Origin: Stylophora pistillata
Lineage: Eukaryota
DNA length: 64,000 nucleotides
Assembly (NCBI RefSeq): GCF_002571385.2
Contig: NW_019217867.1
Span: 297,739 to 361,738 of the forward strand
Direction: 5' to 3'
Below, piece by piece: positions 34,701 to 43,705 of the stretch. The notes below the pieces were generated by a model. The model was not told where the DNA came from. It ran no database searches and saw only the letters and a list, made by a program, of their open reading frames with translations. Positions within the stretch are counted from its first letter, which is position 1; every line of letters starts with the position of its first letter. Made by a program: the position numbers and the translations under genes.

Positions 34701-36903
34701 TTAGGTGAAAGGAAAACTATTACAGCTATCGCAACTCAAGGAAATTCTCACACGTATAAAGACTCTCGTTTAAGAGAGTATTACATACAGTACAGCGACG
34801 ATAGCTCCAACTGGCTGGACTACACATTTGAGGGCCAACAAAAAGTGAGTCACTGTAATGCTAGACAAACGAAGGGGAAAAAATCAATAAAACAAGTAAA
34901 CTTAAAGGATAGACTAAATTAAGTGGTAAGGTATACCATGATTGAGCCCGTATCGAGGATTTGTAGGACACATCGATCTGTAGTATGATGTGAGAGAATG
35001 TGTAAATGTAAATGACACTGGCATTCACTGGAGACTAGTGGCAATCTAGGCCACTTAACCTAATAAGGGTCATCGAGAAAAACTTCCTGAATACCCCAAG
35101 GAGAAGGATGTCGATATGTGATGCTTATACGTACTGATGATGTAAATGAAAATGGTAAAATTTCAAGCCTAGTACTTCAAACGTTTTATCATAAACCTAT
35201 ATAATGCTTGTGGTAAGCTATACTGTTCGACGAGGTACATAGCGACAAACTCCCTGGTAAATTTTAAGCCTAGTGATTTAAGTAGGGGAAAATGTTTTTC
35301 AGGGGATAATACAGACAAACTCAGATATCGAAACAAAAAAAGACTCCGAATGCTTCAATAAGGCATTGGGATTAGTATTTCCGCACGCTCTTTCACTGAC
35401 TGGGCTATAGTAGACTGTTAAAAGCTGATAGTTTCGAAAGAAACTTTTAGAGGCTGCGTCGGTGGGAGTACCGAAATAATTTGGATATATCAACAAAGTT
35501 GAAATGGTAAATTGGCCACCGTAATCGCTTTTGTAATCGTTACGCTGGCCAATTTACCATTTCAACTTTGTTGATATATCCAAATTATATAGTAGATTGT
35601 TGGCAAGTTTAGCTGCTGAGGTGTATGGAATCAAACTTCCTGCATACTGCGAGGACAGGAATGTCAATATTTGTCGCTTATGCCCCATGATGGTGTAAAT
35701 GAGGGTGGTAAATTTTTCGGCCTCGTGATTTAAGTAAAGGAAGATGTTATTCAGTGAATGACACGGGAAAACTCGAAAAAGAAAAAACAAAAACAAAAAC
35801 AAACAAATCTCCGAGCTCCTAGTGCTCCCAGTAGGAGTCGAACTTACCACCTTTCGAGCAGTACTTGGGAAGTTCTACCACTGAACCTTAGCAAACTTAT
35901 GGTGAGATTAGCCGTTTGACAGGTGACAACGTTCCTGCATACGGTGAGGGTAGGGATGTCGAAATTGAAATCTTTTTGAGTAATGATTATGAAGATGGTT
36001 ATCGTAATTACAGAGGATGTTAGTCAGTTAATGACACAGGCACATTTGGCGAAAAAAAAATCCTATTGCCCCATTATGAATCGAACCTACGACTTTTCGA
36101 ACAACACTTTGGTAGCTCTACCACCAAACTATTGGAGACTCGAAGGCCGTTTAACTAACTAGGCCGTTTAACTAGCGCGCTGTGACAGTATTGATAACAA
36201 TTATAAAAACTGATATTCCGCAGCCAGAGAACGTAAGTATTACATAATGCTGAGTGTAGTTTTTAAATTCCATTTCATCTTTAAGGTATTTGATGGTTAC
36301 AAAACGCAGGGGGCTGATATAAGAAGGAAGTTTTTTCCTCAGGCCATAAAAGCGAGGTACATCAGACTACGAGCCACTAAATGGTACGATTATATTGCCA
36401 CCAAATTGGAAATTTACGGTTGTGAAGGTAGGAACAATAAGTTTTAAAATCAGCAAAGCAACGTTGCCACTTTAACTAAACAGTACTAACTTAACTCATT
36501 TCGAAGGACATGTCTCTTTCGCGTTAATGATAAAGCTGTTCTTTACGCTGTCGCGCATTTAACGAGTTGATTCATCAACTGTGTAGAAGTGATCAGTGCA
36601 CTAAGGAAAAAAATTGTTTTTACGTCCGTAAAAGGCAACCAAAAAAAAATATATATATATATTTCTGTAGGTATGTATGTATATGTTCATTTACGAGAGA
36701 ACAAGAGGTCAGGTACTCTTGTTGAATTTTTTTTTATCTATTTAGCATGTATTTCCTCATTTGTTACGGAATTTCTCGTGGAATATCTTTTGATAAAAGT
36801 TGATGCAATCAAACATCGGCGTCAGTGCGATAAATCCCTCGTTGAAATACGGAAGGATGACGTCAGCAAAGTGAATTCAAAGTCAAGTCAATTTCCAAGC
36901 TAA
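5530..36903 (+). CDS. Large multi-exon gene for a predicted secreted protein of 14 tandem F5/8 type C (discoidin) domains, ~2,190 aa; carries disabling lesions in this assembly
   Basis: Exons from 7388 to 36903 have GT-AG boundaries and join in frame. Each domain is bounded by phase-1 introns. Domain motifs: C..PLG.E, PW.ARL, WCA, YLQIDLG, VATQG, WVT.Y.L.YS.DG..W, C.RVE.YGC. In-frame TAG at 15665-15667. The first exon (5530-5557) is tentative. Confidence 0.85.
6529..6790. mobile_element. Palindromic non-autonomous element derived from a Penelope-like terminal repeat, with minimal hammerhead motifs
   Basis: ~95-bp inverted arms at about 6529-6623 and 6639-6734; related copies at 35420-35590, 55800-55970 and 57460-57690. 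Confidence 0.7.
6642..6675 (+). ncRNA. Minimal type I hammerhead ribozyme motif
   Basis: GCT-CTGACGA-A-GGGC-AAAC-GCTC-GAAA-TGTC-AGC: stem I GCT/AGC, stem II GGGC/GCTC, GUC cleavage triplet. Confidence 0.6.
7388..7415 (+). CDS. 28-nt micro-exon encoding the end of a putative signal peptide (IGVIPLLIR-G)
   Basis: TTTTTGTTTCAG| acceptor and GAG|GTAAAC donor; the phase-1 end joins exon 7930 in frame. Confidence 0.6.
7930..10312 (+). CDS. Discoidin domain 1 (exons 7930-8105, 8302-8448, 10174-10312)
   Basis: NCSDALG..PWYGRLN..SWCA..QYLQ|IDLG..AVASQG..WVTSYKLSYSTDG|IFDAN..CMRVEAFGCD; GT-AG sites. Confidence 0.9.
9473..9551. mobile_element. 79-bp MITE with terminal inverted repeats and a near-perfect 10-bp flanking duplication
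   Basis: CAACCTCGTTCCCAGGGC...GCCCTGGGAACGAGGTTG; flanks ACTCTGTATT and ACTCTCTATT. Confidence 0.7.
10784..11953 (+). CDS. Discoidin domain 2 (exons 10784-11094, 11815-11953)
   Basis: AYSEALGVE..AVATQG..WVISYKLSYS|IFRGNND..GLRVELYGSK. Confidence 0.9.
11110..11380. mobile_element. Non-autonomous DNA element (hAT-like termini)
   Basis: CAGAGGCGGATACAGG ... CCTGGATCCGCCACTG imperfect 16-bp terminal inverted repeats; no clean target-site duplication. Confidence 0.55.
12343..13181 (+). CDS. Discoidin domain 3 (exons 12343-12647, 13043-13181)
   Basis: VCQNPLGVESG..AWCA..YLQVDLG..VATQG|TLSGNTD..CMRVEVYGCE. Confidence 0.9.
13203..13300 (+). mobile_element. Internally deleted tRNA-derived SINE fragment
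   Basis: GTGGCTCAGTGG (A box) fused to GGTTCGAATCCC (B box), followed by a T-run and SINE-like body. Confidence 0.45.
14236..14993 (+). CDS. Discoidin domain 4 (exons 14236-14570, 14855-14993)
   Basis: ECAHPVG..PWLARL..GAWCA..VATQGK..AWVTNF|VFDGN..CMRVEVFGCK. Confidence 0.9.
15489..16242 (+). CDS. Discoidin domain 5 (exons 15489-15790, 16104-16242), with an internal in-frame TAG
   Basis: CSSAIGMEDF..FLQIGNGIDE*RFTAVATQG..FSRDGLHW|MFIG..MRVELYGCQ; TAG at 15665-15667. Confidence 0.85.
16486..17177 (+). CDS. Discoidin domain 6 (exons 16486-16820, 17039-17177)
   Basis: PWHGRL..AWCA..FLQIDL..WVKTF|VFNGN..CLRLEVFAKE. Confidence 0.88.
17657..21234 (+). CDS. Discoidin domain 7 (exons 17657-17796, 18321-18509, 21096-21234)
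   Basis: DCIDPLGMESG..PWLARL..WCAG|RSDENQYLEVDL..AWVTSY|DFSGN..CMRVEIYGCK; the N gap lies in the second intron. Confidence 0.88.
18660..19198. other. Assembly gap (N run)
   Basis: 539 consecutive N. Confidence 1.
19199..19895 (+). mobile_element. Decayed THAP-domain DNA transposase fragment (Harbinger/ISL2EU-like)
   Basis: SYFKFPKEKLARKQWLHAIRR..VCSHHF..NAVPSVF is a THAP C2CH finger with its AVP(T/S)xF motif; disrupted FSIERF..YTSFPN follows. Confidence 0.75.
22056..22100. repeat. (TAA)n microsatellite
   Basis: Direct reading; a second tract lies at 22675-22731. Confidence 0.95.
22102..22344 (+). mobile_element. Retrozyme-like ~240-nt non-coding element containing a hammerhead ribozyme, embedded between (TAA)n and (TA)n
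   Basis: More GC-rich island between microsatellites, ending in a canonical hammerhead; its 5' start TTGATATAG extends stem I when joined to the 3' end. Confidence 0.7.
22298..22343 (+). ncRNA. Canonical type I hammerhead ribozyme
   Basis: ACTGCA-CTGATGA-GGCC-CAGAA-GGCC-GAA-ACAG-TA-CTGT-C^TGCAGT; all core nucleotides and three stems intact; predicted cleavage after C22337. Confidence 0.9.
23034..24946 (+). CDS. Discoidin domain 8 (exons 23034-23156, 24206-24372, 24808-24946)
   Basis: ACFQPLGMEDF..|..LQIDLG..AVATQG|EIQGN..CLRVEIYGCE. Confidence 0.88.
25360..25889 (+). CDS. Discoidin domain 9 (exons 25360-25667, 25751-25889)
   Basis: AWSDPLG..PWLAKL..WCA..YLQINMG|TFIA..CMNVELYGFD. Confidence 0.88.
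26352..27191 (+). CDS. Discoidin domain 10 (exons 26352-26683, 27053-27191)
   Basis: ECTMPLG..PWMGRL..GAWCA..LQIDLG..AWVKNF|VFPGN..CMRLELYGCQ. Confidence 0.9.
27469..28481 (+). CDS. Discoidin domain 11 (exons 27469-27767, 28340-28481)
   Basis: ACESPLGMEN..ARLN..YVQVDTG..WISKF|IFQT..IQLELYGCE. Confidence 0.88.
28710..28815. repeat. (GAT/GAC)n trinucleotide low-complexity repeat, intronic
   Basis: Direct reading. Confidence 0.9.
29326..29778 (+). CDS. Discoidin domain 12 (single 453-nt exon)
   Basis: ACSKSYG..SWCA..LQLDFG..GIATKG..YSVDC..CLRVQVFGYK; phase 1-1, no internal intron. Confidence 0.88.
30185..31376 (+). CDS. Discoidin domain 13 (exons 30185-30516, 31256-31376)
   Basis: GCDKDLGME..PWNARH..GAWCA..AWVTKF|ELTGN..CLRMELYGCQ. 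Confidence 0.9.
31544..32111. mobile_element. Truncated Penelope-like element with an inverted terminal duplication and a 13-bp target-site duplication
   Basis: ~217-bp near-perfect inverted arms at 31557-31773 and 31855-32073 encode a GIY-YIG C-terminus (FKVLKKC..FDCLVNEMLYIKQLTPSLN); AGGGCATTAAATG at 31544-31556 and 32099-32111. Confidence 0.85.
32008..32046 (+). ncRNA. Minimal hammerhead ribozyme variant (U3-A8); mirror copy on the - strand at 31584-31621
   Basis: CCC-TTGATAA-T-GGCG-TCATGAAGT-CGCC-GAAA-CGTC-GGG. Confidence 0.6.
32314..36427 (+). CDS. Discoidin domain 14 (exons 32314-32471, 34695-34844, 36286-36427)
   Basis: ACLEPLGVENF..QFLQ|IDLG..AIATQG..YSDD..W|VFDG..KLEIYGCE. Confidence 0.9.
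32520..33800 (+). mobile_element. Decayed Ty3/Gypsy LTR retrotransposon, 5' part (LTR, PBS, gag, protease)
   Basis: Putative LTR TG..CA at 32520-32773; PBS-like TGGTGTTAGAAGTGG at 32776-32790; gag from ATG 32802 with stops and frameshifts; knuckles CRCCGRKH..CPALGKKCNRCRKDNHFAKKC; protease FEIDSGS*CNV. Confidence 0.85.
35420..35590. repeat. Palindromic Penelope-terminal-repeat-derived element, hammerhead centre deleted
   Basis: AATTTGGATATATCAACAAAGTTGAAATGGTAAATTGGCCA ... TGGCCAATTTACCATTTCAACTTTGTTGATATATCCAAATT. Confidence 0.7.
35690..36190 (-). mobile_element. Two tandem degenerate tRNA-derived SINE copies
   Basis: Minus-strand heads GGTTCAGTGGTAG..GTTCGACTCC (~35825-35890) and TTTGGTGGTAGAGC..GGTTCGATTC (~36068-36133); shared ATGACAC.GG flank. 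Confidence 0.5.
36746..36903 (+). CDS. Probable terminal exon of the discoidin gene (collapsed 15th-domain remnant)
   Basis: Polypyrimidine tract with TTTAG|CA TGT, phase 1 like the other domain starts; ACISSFVTEFLVEY... ends at TAA. Confidence 0.5.
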
Positions 36904-38910
36904 AAACTTAGTTAATCAAGGCCTCCATGAAAAGATGGTTAAAGACCATTTTTATGATGTTAGAACCGTTTTCTTTTTGTCTCTTAGCTTAACCACGTGA
37001 AGTTAGAGGCCGAGAGGAAAATAGTCATGCTCAATCAGTGAGACGACACTAGTATTGTCAGATTCTGTCACAATGCAACAACTCTACATTCTTGTTTTCA
37101 TTTACAACGGGATACATCAATATAGTTAAATTCCTGAGTATTCGATGAAGATAATACTTTTATTCGTTAGGGCACATAAATTACACTGACCGTGTGAATT
37201 CTTAGGCAGGTCTGACGTTTTTGATACCTATGGTTACAGTGCAAATAGGTCCAATAAATGTAAATGCAGATCCTGTACAAGATTTTTTTTTGATAGAATT
37301 AATAGACTTAAGAATTTCTTAATTTTCTTTGGCTGTACGGGTGCAATAAAAATAAGTTCCTAGACAATCAGGGCGCTTGTAGTATCTCATTTTATCAAAA
37401 AGAGAAATAAAACTGGTAATAATCATGGAATACTAAATGTGTTCGATCTGGCTTAGGGATAGATTTGTAGTCACTCATTCTATCTAGTACGATCTCAAAT
37501 GGTTTCAATTTATCCACATATCTTCTTACGCCATCCGGGCTGAAACGTGGAGTCAACCCATGGAGAGTTCAGTTTGCAGGCAGGATTCAAAGCTCTCGCA
37601 TCAAATCGACGCGAGTAGTCAGCCAGTCCAAGATGGCGCCCCAAACCTGAAATCGCACCACTACTAGAAAGAAGCGATACAGATAGTATGCGTTCTCCTA
37701 GCGTTGCGTAAGTTTGGATTTGCATGAGCTAAGACTTGCAAATACTCGAGACAATCTTTTACCATGTGTCACTATACCGCCCTAACAAGATGCGGCCTTG
37801 GTTGATAACTCAGACCTCGGTTTTGATATTTAATGATATCATTTATTCAACAAGGAGATAAAAAAAAGTCTGAAAGGTGCTATGAAAATCCACTATTTTT
37901 TTTGCTCGATTTATCCCGGCGAGAGTTGTCTGCTCTGAAAACTTCTGGTGAATCTTTCTGTCGTACCCGCTGTCAACGTGCGAGGTCTTTTCAGCCTCCT
38001 TATCCCCCTTATTATGACCTCATCGACAGCTTTCTTGTCACAAGGCACTAACTACTTGACGGTTTATACGTGACCGCCGCGCACGTGGCAATCTCGTTTC
38101 GCGTGGTTTGACTGGAAGATAGCAGATGTACTCGTTTACTCGATTCCAGCACTTCGAGATGAACTTGTGCCGATCCCGAAAAAACGGATTACCGCCGTAC
38201 AGATTTCGGAACTGTCCACCGAAAAGCTACAACATCTGTCACGCCTAACTAACACCTATCGACAACTTAATAATGTCATCATCCAACACGCACCAAGCGT
38301 TGATCACGCACACAAGTCACCCCATCCATTTTCAACTAATTGTCACGAAGCAATCACGAGAAAAGGCGAGCGATAAAAACCTCATCAGAACACTAAGATG
38401 ATGAATAAAAGCTTTCGCATATCTTGCAATTGCAGTCAAAACCAAACAGAAGTCAGAACAGAACGGGTCTGTTCGCTCAAATAAAACCGTCAGAGTTCTT
38501 ATATTGACATTTATGTTAATTGTTAAATGACAGCTCACCCTTGAGAAATATCATTAACTTACGATATAACCTGCTGCACCTGGGGTTCGTGTTGTTTGCA
38601 TATTTCAAGTAGGATTATAGAATGGCGAACATGGGCCGGTAAGAAATCCTCTGAAGGCCGGCTGACGTGACATTTTGATCAGTTAAGCCGCAGTGACAAG
38701 ACACAAGTCTATTTACGTACATTATGAACATTATGAAATTTAGAAACTTGATATGCATGCGTGAACTATCGCGGGGCTTCGGACTGAAGTTACGAACAGC
38801 CGCTCATTGATTACAGGGGTTTAAAGTAAATGGAAACTGACAGATCCACAAGGACATTTGCAGCTACATTTGAATAATGTGTTTCTGGTTTATACATTTA
38901 TTACAATTTG

Positions 38911-40032
38911 ATGATTGTCAACTATGAATGCTATATCGAAGAGAAGAAAACTAATATTGGAATGCCGCTTCTCAAAGGCAGATCCAGAACAATAAAAGTG
39001 GAACCTTCGATTCATAACAAGTCAGGGAATATTCCGTCAGAGGAAGACGTAAATTCTAAAGAAGTAGGCAGCGACGACGGGACAACAATGCCACCATATT
39101 TATCAACTTTGAAATTTCAGCTGAAGCACTTGGACGCCGACATGGTTCGGCAATCGGACTATTTGGAGGAAGGAATTGAATACACTTCTCTTCCAGCGCA
39201 TAAAACTAAAGGAACACAAACCATCACTTTACCATTGAACATGCCTGTTGTGAGGAGCGAGAAACTATGCTTTCGTCGAAAAGGCGACAGCTCACCTAAT
39301 TTTAAGCACCGGCTGAATAGTTCAGTTACGGACGATTGTTCTACGGTTTCACTTGCTGGGTCACACACGCATGGACAAGAAAACGACGTGAGTAAAATCA
39401 TAGATGGTTCCGACGATACTGGTTCAACAGCAGGAAAATGGTTCAGTGACATCGATAAATTAACGAGCTTCAAAGCCAAGCACAAAATTGAATTCTTCTC
39501 CAGAGAAAAGAAGGAAATAGAAAGAGAATGGACGTCGACTCCAAAGAAATTTTACAAGTGTATTTTGAATTGTAGACAAAAGCAATTATCTCAGTGTAAT
39601 CGTTTCCGAACCTCTAAGCGCGATCCTAGTCAGGGATCGAAAAAAGTTTCCTTCCCTGCTGATGTTATATTATTTTCTGCTATCGAGGAAAATGCGTCGA
39701 AAGAATTAATTGAAATAATAAGGATTCACAAGATTGATGTTAATTTAAGTAGAAATGCACGCGGACTTCCTCCCCTTCATCGAGCAGTACAGCGCGGAGC
39801 TGTTGAATGCGTTCGAGTTATTCTGAATCATTCGGCGGATGTGAATTTGAGAGACTCCTTAAATCGCCCAGCTATCAATCTAGCGATTTCAATGCGCCAA
39901 TTTGAGTGCATTGTGCTTTTGATCGAGTCAGGAGCTAGCGTAGCTGAGTACACAAACCAACGCTTACAGGATTATGAAAACGTTCAGACTTTATCGAAGA
40001 GCTGTTATCGATCTTTCGAGGCCAATGTTTAA
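38911..40032 (+). CDS. PPP1R27-like PP1 regulatory subunit (disordered N-terminus, KVSF RVxF motif, ankyrin repeats), single coding exon
   Basis: 374-codon ORF. KKVSFPADVILFSAI..GLPPLHRAVQRGAVECVRVILNHSADVNLRD parallels the RVxF+ANK module of PPP1R27/MYPT proteins. The start is uncertain (ATG 38911 or 38962). Confidence 0.82.
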   Translation: MIVNYECYIEEKKTNIGMPLLKGRSRTIKVEPSIHNKSGNIPSEEDVNSKEVGSDDGTTMPPYLSTLKFQLKHLDADMVRQSDYLEEGIEYTSLPAHKTKGTQTITLPLNMPVVRSEKLCFRRKGDSSPNFKHRLNSSVTDDCSTVSLAGSHTHGQENDVSKIIDGSDDTGSTAGKWFSDIDKLTSFKAKHKIEFFSREKKEIEREWTSTPKKFYKCILNCRQKQLSQCNRFRTSKRDPSQGSKKVSFPADVILFSAIEENASKELIEIIRIHKIDVNLSRNARGLPPLHRAVQRGAVECVRVILNHSADVNLRDSLNRPAINLAISMRQFECIVLLIESGASVAEYTNQRLQDYENVQTLSKSCYRSFEANV

Positions 40033-41869
40033 CATGAATGATATTCGAACTCCTCGAGTAGCTTAAAATCGCCGCTCAGTTACAAGGTCATTCTGTATTT
40101 TTAGCTTACAATAGCGTCAAAGCCGTTTTATCGGTTGATAATAAAAAGAACCCACTGAAGCATATTTTTGTGGTTTTGTGGCCCAGTATTTTACCGTTAT
40201 TTTCTCCTTGAGACACCGAATAAAGATGTATTATTATACGAAAAAAATTAGGACAAATTTTGGCTAAGTAAACGATTGTTCCTTTAACACGTGTATTGTT
40301 TACACTATTGAGCATCACCACATTTAGCATTATAATTTTCTTTCGCAAAAAACAATAGATCTCAAAATTGACACGTGCCATTTTTGTGATATTAACATAA
40401 CTTTTTTTTATTATCGTTTTTAACATTATCATTTTTTCTTAGTATTTGATCGATTGCCTAAATATTCGGCAAACTAATTTTGCAAAAGAAATGTTCAACA
40501 GAATTATCTTCAACTTTCAATTTGATGAACGTGTCGAAACGTATGCCACGACTAGATAGCAAACCTTCAGTTTCGAATCCATACCTTTCCATCTTTTTTA
40601 GTGTCAGCTCCGACGAGCCAATGTTAATAAGGCGAAGCTTATGAAATTGATTTTCAGAACGGGGAAAGCAAATTTTCTCTGCATGAAAGCGTTTCAAAGA
40701 TGGAAAATTTAAATGCGTTTGTTATTGAAATGAATATTGTACAAGAAATACTGATTCAATTTTCAGATGAATCTGTCATCACATATCAGTTAGCACCCGA
40801 GAAGCAAGTAGTTGTCCTCTCTCCAATTTGAGATTGAAAATATTACAGAAGAAAAAACCAGGCAGCGAAGTCGAGTAATTTCACTTTTTTTAGTCGGGTT
40901 AGTCCTTGGTCTATCGTCTAAAATAAGATGTTCATTCATACAGGACCAAAACAAAGCAGTATATTGGATTATTCGAATGATATTCGCGATATTTTAAGAA
41001 CTCTTAGCAAATTGCTAATGATTGCTTCTTAGCGGACGGTATAAGATTTAAATATGTACATTTTTTAGCACTATCCCATATCGTCTTGCATATTTTGAAT
41101 TTCTGTTCCCTATTGGATTAGGTACGCGGCTAAGTGATCGACAATGGCCTTCGAATTGATCATGGTGTTTCGTTTGGCTGATAATTTGATGATGTTTTTG
41201 AGGAAAGAGTACACCCTCCTAACAGGCGGACGTTTCTTTGTATAACGTCTATTTCATTTGCCTTTCACTCCAGCTCTTCCTTATGATTATCTTAGCGGCA
41301 AGAACACAGTGACTGAATTCGCACGCTATCAGAAGCCTAAGTGAAATGTAACAAACCAGGTGTGAACCCTTGACAGTAGAATATTTCGAAATATTTGGCG
41401 CATATACTAAATGAATAAGTAGTCATAAAGGAGAACATTCTCTTGTCATAAATCATGAGACCGGCGGTATATCGTTACCTCAATTCATTATTTTTTTCCG
41501 AATAGAGCAAATGTTGAGGATTGGAGTTAAGCCGGACTTATGAAATGCACGCGATTATACTGAGATGGTTTCCGAGTAGTCCTTGTTCTAAGTGTCGTAC
41601 ATTTACCTACTGAGATTAACTTCCACGGACATTAGATTAGAGAGCTTTCGATTTTTCGACAAGTTTGACCACAAGGATGTGAGGTTTGACTCCTCTCCTG
41701 CTTGAATGAAAAAGTTTGACCGAAAGAATGTGAGATTTCAGACTCCTCTCCTGCTTGAGTGATGAGTGAAAAAGATATATATATATATATAGAAAAAGGT
41801 TAATTATTAAAGGGAAAAATTTAAAACAGATATAAAGCAAAACCCGCTCTTTAATGGTGAGAGCTTAGG

Positions 41870-42480
41870 TGTGGGCTTATTGTCACCAGGAGAAGACCCA
41901 CAAAGCAGGTTCCGTGCGGGCCAACTGTTCGATGATCTGTTAGCAGGTCAGTTTATACTCTTGGTCGTACTCGTCTTAGATCTCAAAGGCCACAAGAAGT
42001 CAGCATTTGAATGGATAGATTTTGAGTTTGTCCGAGTTAAAGCTCGTTATCAAAGAAAACTGCGAATGATAGGCCTAAATCTATGAGGTGTATCATTAGT
42101 AAAGAGACAGTGGTCTTTGTATTAAACGTGAACGGTCTCACAAGCGAAGGATTATACTACGAAAAAAATATCTTTAAATGTAAGATATTCTTATGGATTC
42201 TAAATCAGATAGCATAACTGGTGTTTTTTCGTGACCGATTGTTGACCTCATTACCATTACCTATTATTAATCTTGCCAGATGTTCTTTCCGTGTTTTTAA
42301 GCTGTAAATCTGCGGTTTTCAGATTGGTGTACGGTGACGACATTCCGGAATTTTCAAGCAAGGACAGAACTGGCTTGAACGGATTTTCTCGACTTTTTCT
42401 TTAGGTTGGCTACCTCAAGATAACGCGTGGCAAAAGTTATCTTTGATCGCAGATGTTACAGATATCACTAGATTCGTAGT
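41870..42480 (-). mobile_element. Very decayed reverse-transcriptase fragment, possibly Penelope-like
   Basis: Only faint motifs (CLFTNDTP resembling SLFTNxP). Confidence 0.25.
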
Positions 42481-43705
42481 TTTAAACATTTGGTATTGTT
42501 GGACTCAAAGAACTGTTCGTACATTATTATGATGAATGACAACTAGCAGAGTTACATTCTTGCAGACGTCACCAAATACAAAGACTTCAGGAGCAGTGCC
42601 ATTAATCAACTATTCAGATAACCTTGTACAGTCTGCCAAGTCTCACCCCACTATTGGCATACCTCGAAAATTTGAGCTCGTGTTATCTTGTGCATACTGT
42701 TGTTTCAGAAATTATCTTTTTGGACTATCCCAGGTTCGATATCGACACCTGATTATAGTCAAACTACATCTGTTTAATTTTGGAATATTTCAGGTAAAGA
42801 CGATTTACACACTTCTGACGTCCAACCACACATGATGCGCGACTGCGGCATTTAGCAACTTTTAACCTTTTTTAAAAAAGCACAATGAGAGAAGTAGGTG
42901 ATAACTTTGGGGTACTGCTTACTCCGAACTTTTTCTGGGCTTCCGATGTTTTCCGGGCGTGAGTTAAGTATAGTTGAATGCAAGTATATAGTCAATTCCA
43001 TGTCACTCCGTCTAGATCTCTAACTAGGGATAAGAAAAAAAATAACTGAACAGCTTCTTGAAACTTCCTCTCATTTATAATACATTAACACCGGTTTCGT
43101 CCAATGTACAGAACAGTTTATTGGATCAGTCACAAACCGGTTTCGCAGTCATTGCCGGTCTGCATTTCACAAGTAGGTGACGATGGACGAGGATTATTTT
43201 TAGACCTTTGAACATCGACAATTGATAGCGACGTGAAGCTACTCAATAGGAAAATACGGCTTTTGGATGATATGTGTAAACATAAGAACATGCTGGGATT
43301 GAGAAATGCAACTCTAGACAAGAAGTCAAGACTAGCTTAACACCACAATCGGCTATGAGCAAAAGCCATTTATAGTTTACTTTACGTGTTCCTTTCTTTA
43401 AAGCGCTAATCTACTTCGCATCACCGCGCATGACTTTGGTCACAATAGGAGGGCTGCATGTGTCCCATGAGGATCAAAGCCAACGTCTACGATGATCTTT
43501 CTGACTTCAGCAGTCGAACTCAAAGATGCGGACTGGAAGTAATACCATGCTACTAAGAAAAAGGCACCTCGGGTATGGTGAAACTCTCGTTTACTTCTTG
43601 AGGTTTTGGTCATCGAAAGAAGATCACTTTATGTTAACATGAATATTCATAACCTGGTTTGAGCTTTTGGTGGATTGCGGATTTAAGTATATTTCCACGC
43701 GAAAG

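Noticed and set aside
41662-41762. Two ~50-bp direct repeats resembling a CRISPR or regulatory array
   Set aside because: Only two adjacent imperfect copies with no spacers, in eukaryotic DNA; a simple local duplication
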